From IMG/VR virus record IMGVR_UViG_3300001097_000003, positions 1-64,000 of that record: 64,000 nucleotides of DNA; one strand, written 5' to 3'. Made by a program: the position numbers and the translations under genes. Source of the DNA: a virus. The notes beneath the pieces are model-generated. The model worked only from the letters and a program-made list of their open reading frames with translations, ran no database searches and was not told where the DNA came from. Shown here one piece after another: positions 30,497 to 39,400 of the stretch (the first letter of the stretch is position 1; each line of letters opens with the position of its first letter).

Positions 30497-33400
30497 ATGT
30501 CAGATAATATAAACGATTGGAAATCAAAACTTCGTTCAGGAAGCGTAGGAACAGCAGGTAGTGTGGCAGTTGATTATGATGCTCAAACTAATATAGGTAG
30601 CAGAGCTTATCAAAGTATATCTACTTCTGAAGTTGTTGATTATGATAAACTACAGAAAGAAGAAGCTAAGAAAGAAGTTATAAAGCTTAATAAAGAGTTA
30701 AAAGAAGCCAATTATACTCCTGATGATATTGTGGAAATTAAGAAATCAGAAGATTTTTGGCATCAAGTTTTTGAAACAACTAAAAAGACAATTAAAAATT
30801 CTCCTTTTGGAGGACTTCTTAATGCTGTTGAATTAGGTACTTCAGCAGGTGCTGCTATATCCGGTACTGATGTTAATGCAGCTTCTCCCCAGACCAGATC
30901 GGTCAAAGAAATCTCACAAGAATATATTGATGCTTCTAATAGAAAGAAACTATTTGATAGGGTAAAACAAAACGGAATTGTTATTCAAACAGATGGTTCT
31001 AAAACTAGATTAGAAGATGAACTTCCTTATATGGAAGATATAAGTATATTTGACAGAATATTTAATTCTGTTTCTATTAATGAAAATAAACTTGGCAATA
31101 AGAAGTTTAGCATTAATTGGACTCCTACTTCATTTGAAGATTTTGCAGAAGCTGCTAAAGAAGGTAAAACAGATGCTAGTAAAGCAGGTGTTTATCAATA
31201 CTATTTTACAAAAGATGAAGATGGTAATGATGTATTAGGTAAAGCTAGATTTAATAATGTTGATCAACTTAGAAAAGCTGGTAACATATTTCTTAATAAT
31301 TTTGGTCCAGTACCTGTTAAGTCTGGATTTTCAAGAGAATTTAGTGCTGGTTTAGGTAATGCTGGAAGAGGACTTGTAAGAAGTTTATTAAACATTGGTG
31401 AAGGTGCTTATACTTTAGCTAATGAAGCTATTACTAAAGGTGGTCTTAATACAAAACAAGACGATATAAATATAAAAAGAGTAAATAAATTTGCTGATGA
31501 TTATAGGGCAAATGATGATCTAGATAATTACGATCCTGGAAAAGGTGGTACTGCGGCTTGGTTGGGTGGAGGAATAGGACAAGGTGCGGCTTCTCTAGCT
31601 CAATTTGCAGTTACCGGTGCTGCTGCTAAAGGTATTGGTGCATTAGTTAGTCGATCATTATCTGTTGCTGGTAAATTAGATAACTTAACTACTTTTGGTG
31701 CAGGAGCTGTTATGAACTTTGGCGAAGCTTATGAATCTGCTTTAAATGCTGGTTTATCTAAACAAGATGCTTCTAAAGTTGGTATGTTAACTGGTGCTAT
31801 TAATGGTATTATAGAATCTGCTGTAGGTACAAATAAGCTTACTAACTGGTTATCTGGTGGAGGTAATAGAGTACTTGCTCAAAGAGTACTAGCTGATCTC
31901 GGAGGAGATGCATCAGAAACTTCTTTAAAAAGAGTATTAAATACTTGGCAGAAACAAGCTTCTGGTAGAATTAATCAATTATTTAACACACCAATATTAG
32001 GTAGTGCTTTAGAAGAAGGTATTGAGGAATTTTCTCAAACTATGACTCAAAAGACTGTTGAAAATTTATATGATGCTTTTATATCAGATAGTAAAGAAGT
32101 TGGTAAAGATAAATTTGGTACTCAAGCTATATCTAAACATAGTATTATGGAGGCTCTTGAAGCAGGTTTCTTTGGTGCTATATTAGGTGGTGGTATGGGA
32201 GGTATAAAACATACTAAAGAACAATATGATAAATATGTAAATAAGAAAACATCTCATGATGAACCTATATTAAAATATTTAGCTGATGGTAATAAATCTC
32301 AGGTATTAGCTATGGTAGATACTTTATTTAGTACTGGAGTTATTAATGATAATCAAAAAACTTTTTATACACAAAAGATAAATAATCTTGCTGAATTAGT
32401 AGATAAAAATCAAGGAAAATTTGCTGCGTTAGATCAATATGGTCCAGAAGTAGCTACTAAAGTAAAAGCACAAGCATTAAATGTAATTAATGGAATTGCT
32501 AGTTTAGATCAAGAATTAGAAGTATTAGCTAAGAAAGAGCAAACTCCTGAAATAATAAAAGAAATTAAAACCAAAGCGGCTGAAAGAACTTTTTATTCTA
32601 ATTATTTAGAAACAGAATTTCTACCTAGAGAAGATGGTAAAGTAAATGCTGTTGAGTTTACTAATTATTTAAATCAAGAAGAAGTATTAAATAATAAATT
32701 TAATAGATTTCAAATAGATAATGATATTACTTCTACAGAAAGTAGTATATCTAATTATGAATCTAAAGCACAACAAAATCAAGAAGATTTAGATAATATT
32801 AGAGCTAAAAAAGGTAAAGCTGCTAAAGAGATTAAAAAAGAGTTAGACCTTAATAAACTTATAAAATCAGTTTATGAAAATAAATTAAAGCAATTACAAG
32901 AATTATCTCAAAAGAAAGTAGATGAATTTAATGAAATAACTTCTGATACTTATCAAGCTGATTTAAAAGATAAAGCAGATAAAACAGAAACTGAAGATAC
33001 AGCTCCTAAAGGTCCAACCGAAACATCAGCTCCTGTTGATATACAAGAAGGTATTGAAGATAATAGTGATGTTCAATTAGATAATGAAGAAAAACTTACT
33101 TATATAGGTGATCAATTATTATCTGAAAGAGATGAAATATTAAACGAATTAGAAAATCCTGATTTAGATTCTGAAACAAAAGCAGAACTAGAATTACTAT
33201 TACAAGAAATAGATAATGAAGTAGCTACAGTAGATAATAAGTTACAAATAGCTACTCAAGATTATAAGAATCAAGTAAGTGAAATAGTTGAAAAATTAGA
33301 TGCTTTTAATGACCTAGAAGACGTTGAATTAAATCAGGCTTACTCAGCTATTAAAAAAGAAATTGAGCAGCTTATACCTGCTTATAGAGATCAAGGATTA

Positions 33401-36400
33401 GATGTATCTGAATTACAATCACTCCATACTACAGTAACTAAAATTGTATTGGAAACAAGAGACAAACTTGAATCTCAAGCTAATGATGTTATAGCTCAAG
33501 AAGAGTTTGATAATAATGCTGCTGATAGAGATAATGAACCTTTAGTAAAAGGTATTAATTTCTTTGATAGAGTAGAAAGACTTAGATTTATGAATAATCA
33601 TAAAGATTATTGGTCTGATGAAGAATTTGATAAAATATTTTTAAATACTCCCATTGAAGAAATATTATCTCAGCTTGAGATGGTTTACTATACAGCAAAT
33701 GATCTAGGAATAGTTGCAGGAGCTGTTGTTGGTAAATGGAATAATGGTACTAATATTGTTAATCCTAAAATAGTTATATCATTAAGTTATCAAGGTAAAA
33801 ACTTAGGTAATTTAAATCAGTTAGATAGTTTTACTGTTACAGATCCATCACAAGTTAATCTTAGTGAACAAGGTTTATTAAATACACAAACTAGAAATAT
33901 TAAATTAATTGCTTTATTAAAAGAAAAAGGTAGATTAGATGCTGAAACTTTAAAATCTATTGGATTTAATTTATCTTGGAATGGAGATTTCTTTGTAGAT
34001 ACTAATATAGGTAGAACTCTTATTAAAGATTTTCCAGCAGCTAAACTAGTTGGTAAGTCAGGTAAATCTTTTTACTATATATATGATAGTGTTAACAGTC
34101 TTGAAATTACTAATTTATTTAGTGACCCTAATAATGAGTTAGATAATATTCCTGCTATTCCAGAAGGATTAAAAGAAAGATATGTAGTATTGGTTAGAGC
34201 TAATAATGGGAAACTATACTGGGTTGGTTCTCAAAATCAAGTAAATACAGATATTCAAGATACTTTATATAGTTATTTATTTGAACAAGTAGAGAAACTA
34301 AAAACTATTGAAGATCCTGCTCAATTTAAAAAACTTGTAGGAGATATAAATAGATACTTAGAAAATAATATCTTTGTAGCTACTAATGATCCTACTAAAC
34401 AAAATTCTCAATTACAATTAACTACACCTACACAAACAAGTAAATCTACACAAACAAGTAAATTTTATGGACTTAGACTTAAAGGAAGTAGAAAAAAAGT
34501 TCATTTAGATAATGTTAAATATTCTAATCTAAATGATTTATTAGCTGGATTAGAACTTACAGGAATTAACTTAAGAACTCCTTTAGTTAATAACGCATCA
34601 GTAGAAACAACAATAAATACTTTATCTATTAATTTAAAACCTACTGTACTTAAAAATCCTAGTGTAAGTATTAAGATTGATGAAGATAAATTAGATTCTT
34701 TATTAGTTAATAATCCTGTAGAAGAAACCGAAATAGTTGAATTTGCAGATGCTGTGGTAACTGAAGAAGTAACTACTCCTGATATTATAAACAATACTAT
34801 ATCTGATTTATCATCATTTGATTCTGAGTTTAATAATTTAAGTAAAGAAATTAAATTAGAAATTACTAATAAAGCTCAACCTTTATTAGATCAATTGACA
34901 ACAGCTTCTAAAATTAAGAAAGCTGGTATAGCTGTTAAAATAAGAGCTATTATTAATGAATATAAAGGTCCTTCTTCAGATCCTGTATTTTCTATAGGAA
35001 CCTCTGAAGAAATTATGGACTATAATGAGGCTGTTAATTGGATTAATAAAAATCTACCAGATACTATTTCTATAGATGACATTAACAAGTTATTAGGAGA
35101 TATAAAAAATAATGGTATAACATTTGGAGCTTTTGCTAATAGTGTTATATACTTATCTACAAAAGCTGCTAAAGGTACTGAATATCATGAGGCTTTCCAC
35201 GCTATATTCAGATTATTTTCTACAGATAAACAAATACAAGCAGCTTATAATATTATATCCAGAACTAATAAACCTACTAAAAAAGATTTAGAAGATTTAA
35301 GAAATAGTTCTTCTGTATATATTAATTATAATGATACTCAACTTCGTGAATTATTTTTAGAAGAAAAATTAGCAGATAACTTTAAAGAATATAGTAAAGA
35401 CTTTAATACAAATAATCCTCTTAAATCTATTTGGAATAAAATAATTAATTGGATTAACTTTATTACTGGTAATATGGATGAAGTACAAGCTTTATTCTAT
35501 AACATTAATAGAGGTAAATTTAAAAATGCTTTAATTACTAATAATAAATTTACTAATAATATAAATGAATCAGTATTCCAAATTTATAAAAAAGGTATAG
35601 ACGAAATTAATAAAACTACTATTGTTACTTCACAACTTGAAGGTCAGGCTGTATTAGCTAATTTAACTAGAAAGTTGTTACAACTTAAAATTAATAAAGC
35701 TTATCCTAATTTAACAGATGATAAAATTATAGATATATTATTAGCTGAAAAAGCTGCTTTTTATAGTTTAGACGATAATGCTTATTATGAACTTTTCTTA
35801 GATGAAAAAGGATTGTCAGATAATGATGAGTATATTGAGGTTATGACTAGAAATTTAGAACAGAAAAGAAATATATATACATTACCTGAAAACATAGCTG
35901 CTTTAAAGAAAGATATTAAATCTAAAATATCAATATTTGATATAGACACTGATATAGATAACGAAAATAGACAAAAAGAAATAGATGATGTTGGTGAAAA
36001 CTTTGATACAGATCCTTGGTCTATTGGTGGTGAAACATCATTTAGTAAAGTACTAAGAGAATACATATCATTAGTTGTTATTAAAACTAAAGATGAATAT
36101 GGTCAAGATATTGATGAAGCTGTAGATTTTAGTAAAGTATATAGAGGATTAGTTAGAGCATTAGCTGGTATAGAAGAAGATAAAGTACTTCCTAGATTTA
36201 AAGCACTAGCTGAATTTGATGAAGATATTAATGCTGTATTTAATCAGCTTATTCTTGATCTGGGTTTAACTAATGATAGTTTATTAGATGGTCAAAACAT
36301 AACTAAAAATTATGATTTATGGAGAAAATTTGTAACAGCATTTAATAATGAAAATGTTTCCTGGTATACTATATTACAATCTAATGAACAATCTAGATTA

Positions 36401-39400
36401 TTAGAAACAAATAATAATTCTGCAAAAGATATACAGTTTAATAGCTGGTTACAAAACTATAATATTAGTTTTGAAGATGGTAAATTTGATGAAGATGTAA
36501 AAAAATCAATTAACGCAGCTGCTGATGCTGTTAACAGAAGTGAAAATGCTATTGTTAATAGTTTAGCAGAAGCTAAAAAACTATCTTCTGAAATAAGAGA
36601 ACACTTTAAAAAACTATCTATAATTTTATCAGATGGTTACATAACTTATTCTTTACTTAAAAAATCTCCTTATCTAGGATTAGATCAAGAGGCTAAAGAT
36701 TTAATTAACGCTTTCTCAGGTGTTGAAGGATTATATGATGGTGGTAATATACCTTTTATAGTTACTGAATTTAAATCCGAATACAATCCATTTATAACTA
36801 CTAAAGATGATAAAAATAAAGAAAGAGGTGCTGTATCACGTTTAAAAAATATAGCTCAACAAAACGCTTTATTTGATCCCACAATAGGTGAAAGTAGTTT
36901 TCAAAATGCTGATGGTAAAAGTGTATACTCTATTATAAGACCTTCTTTTGGTTTAGTTAAACTCAGATGGTTAAGAAACACTATTACCAGAAACAAATTA
37001 TTACGTGATGAAAAAAATAAGAAGGATGATTTTATAGATCCTTTAGAAAATGTTGTGCTTAATCATTTATTAGGACATGAAAATTTAGATATTATTATGT
37101 CTAATCTTACTCCTTCTATGATTGATGGTTATAGAATTACTAGTATTGAAGGAGATATAGGTCAAACAGAAGAAGGCGAAGGTATTACATTTGGTAAGTT
37201 TAATTCCCAAGAATATTTACTTGCTGATATGCTTATGTTTTTATCTAACAGAAAAGTATTAAGTACTATAGATGAACAAACAGGTAAGACTATAAAGCTT
37301 GGTGAAAGTGCTATGATTAATATAGATCAGATGGAAGCTTCCAATACTGGTTACGCTGTATTTTTACCTGTAGAAGAATATAATGATGTTAATGATAATG
37401 TAACAGATATTTTATTTAATTACTTAGCTCAAGAAGTTATTAGAATTAATAAAGTTAAAAAACAATTTGGTAAAGAAGGTACTACTATATGGAATGGTTA
37501 TAATGATAAATTAGGAGCTAGAGGTTTCAAACTTATGGAATTTGCTGGTTATGATTTAGATGGATACATAGATGATATTACTTCTAAAGATAATGTTATT
37601 ACTCCAGAAGATGTATATAGTGAATTATTATATGAAAAAGATAAAATAGTACAATTAATAAAAATTAAATTAGAAAAAGATATACAAGATTATACTGATA
37701 TATTAAACGCTAATAATGTATTATCTTTATTACCTAATGTTGAGTTATTAAAAAGAAATTATTTAACAGAAGGTAAGTCAGAAATGACTCCTGCTCAAAT
37801 ATCTAAATTAGTAAATAACCAATATTTAAATGCGTATATTAATACTTTAGGTATCAATAACTTATTACTAGATAACTATTCTAAGAAAGTTAAAAATACT
37901 GTTGATTGGTTTAAACGTGCTAAGGGTATTATTGGCTCTGGAGCAGATATGGGTACAGGTACTACTAGAGTTGGTGTATATAAAGAACCTTTAAAATATA
38001 TTGATGTTAAAAATTTATCAGAACTTGAAAGAGATAAATTAATAGAAGAAGAAAGATTAAGATTAGAAGATGGTTCTTTAAATGATAAAGCTAAGGCTAA
38101 ATCTTTAAATACATTTATTAAACAAATAGATAAAGGTAAGATACAAATAGCTGATGCTCAATCTTATGTTACATTAGATCATAAAATATTACAACTACAG
38201 AGATGGGGAAGATTTCCTAAGCAAGTTTCTGATATATATGATAAATTAAAACTTGGTGAAGAAATTACATGGGATGAGAAAAATACATTAGAAGATAATA
38301 ATGCAGCTTTAAATTCAACAAAGACTGTATCGTATAATGGTGATTTTTATTTTAAATTATCTGAAATAGCTTTATCTCCAAGATTGGTAGGTAAAACTGA
38401 TGAATCAGAAAATGTAATACTTGATGATCAAGGAAGACCTGCTGAAGCAAAAGAAGGATTTGAATACTTATTTAATAAGTATATTAGTATGTTAGATCAA
38501 GGTGTAGATCAGGCTTTACCTGAATCTGCTTCTAAAATGGCTACAATAAGTCCTGCTGAATATGCACAAGATGGTAAATTTGATTTTACTGGTTCTGTTA
38601 TGGAATTAGAAAATAAATTTAAGAGATTGCAAGTTGAAACTCCTTCTGGTAAAAGATCTATTATCCACGGTACACAATTAATTCAATTAGTACATAGTGA
38701 ACAATCAGATAATTTAGAAATAGATTTTAAATATAACTCTGATATAAAAACTGTAGGTCAACTTAGGGAACTATATAGAGGGTTACTAGCAGATAATCGC
38801 TTAGAGGGCTTTAAAACAGCTCTGGCATATATGAGAGATCCTATATCTGGAGAAGTTAATTCAAAAGAGTTAACTAAAAAGTTTTATCAAACAATAACTG
38901 AGTCTGGTTCAGATGAAGTATTATCTAATTTCTTTAGTCCTGATCCCATTACTGGTGAAAGACAATTCAATTGGAATTTAGGGCCTATAGTTAATAAAGC
39001 TGAACAATTATTTTTATCTCATTTTAGTAAAGGAGTATTATCTCAAAAAGTTCCAGGACTTAAAGTATCTTTAGTATCTGATGCAGGTATATTAGTTAAA
39101 GATGCTAAAACTGGTAAAATGAGATCATTAGCTCATATGCAATTAGATGATGATGGAAATTATTATTCTGAATGTTTATTACCTCCTTTTGCAGAAGAAT
39201 TACTCGGTAAAAATCCTAGTGATGCTGATGTACAAAAGGTTTTAAAAATGTTTGGAGTACGTATTCCTACTCAGGATAAACACTCTATGATTAGTTTAAA
39301 AGTAGTAGGATTTCTTCCTATGGAATATGGTTCTGTTGGTATATTTCCTAAAGAAATTGTATATCTATCAGGAGCAGATTTTGATATTGACTCTGAATTT

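Noticed and set aside
31050-36066. Short ORFs 31050-31238 (+, alternative frame), 34501-34794 (-) and 35785-36066 (-), inside the giant ORF.
   Set aside because: They are nested in an 11.8-kb uninterrupted frame and look like chance ORFs.
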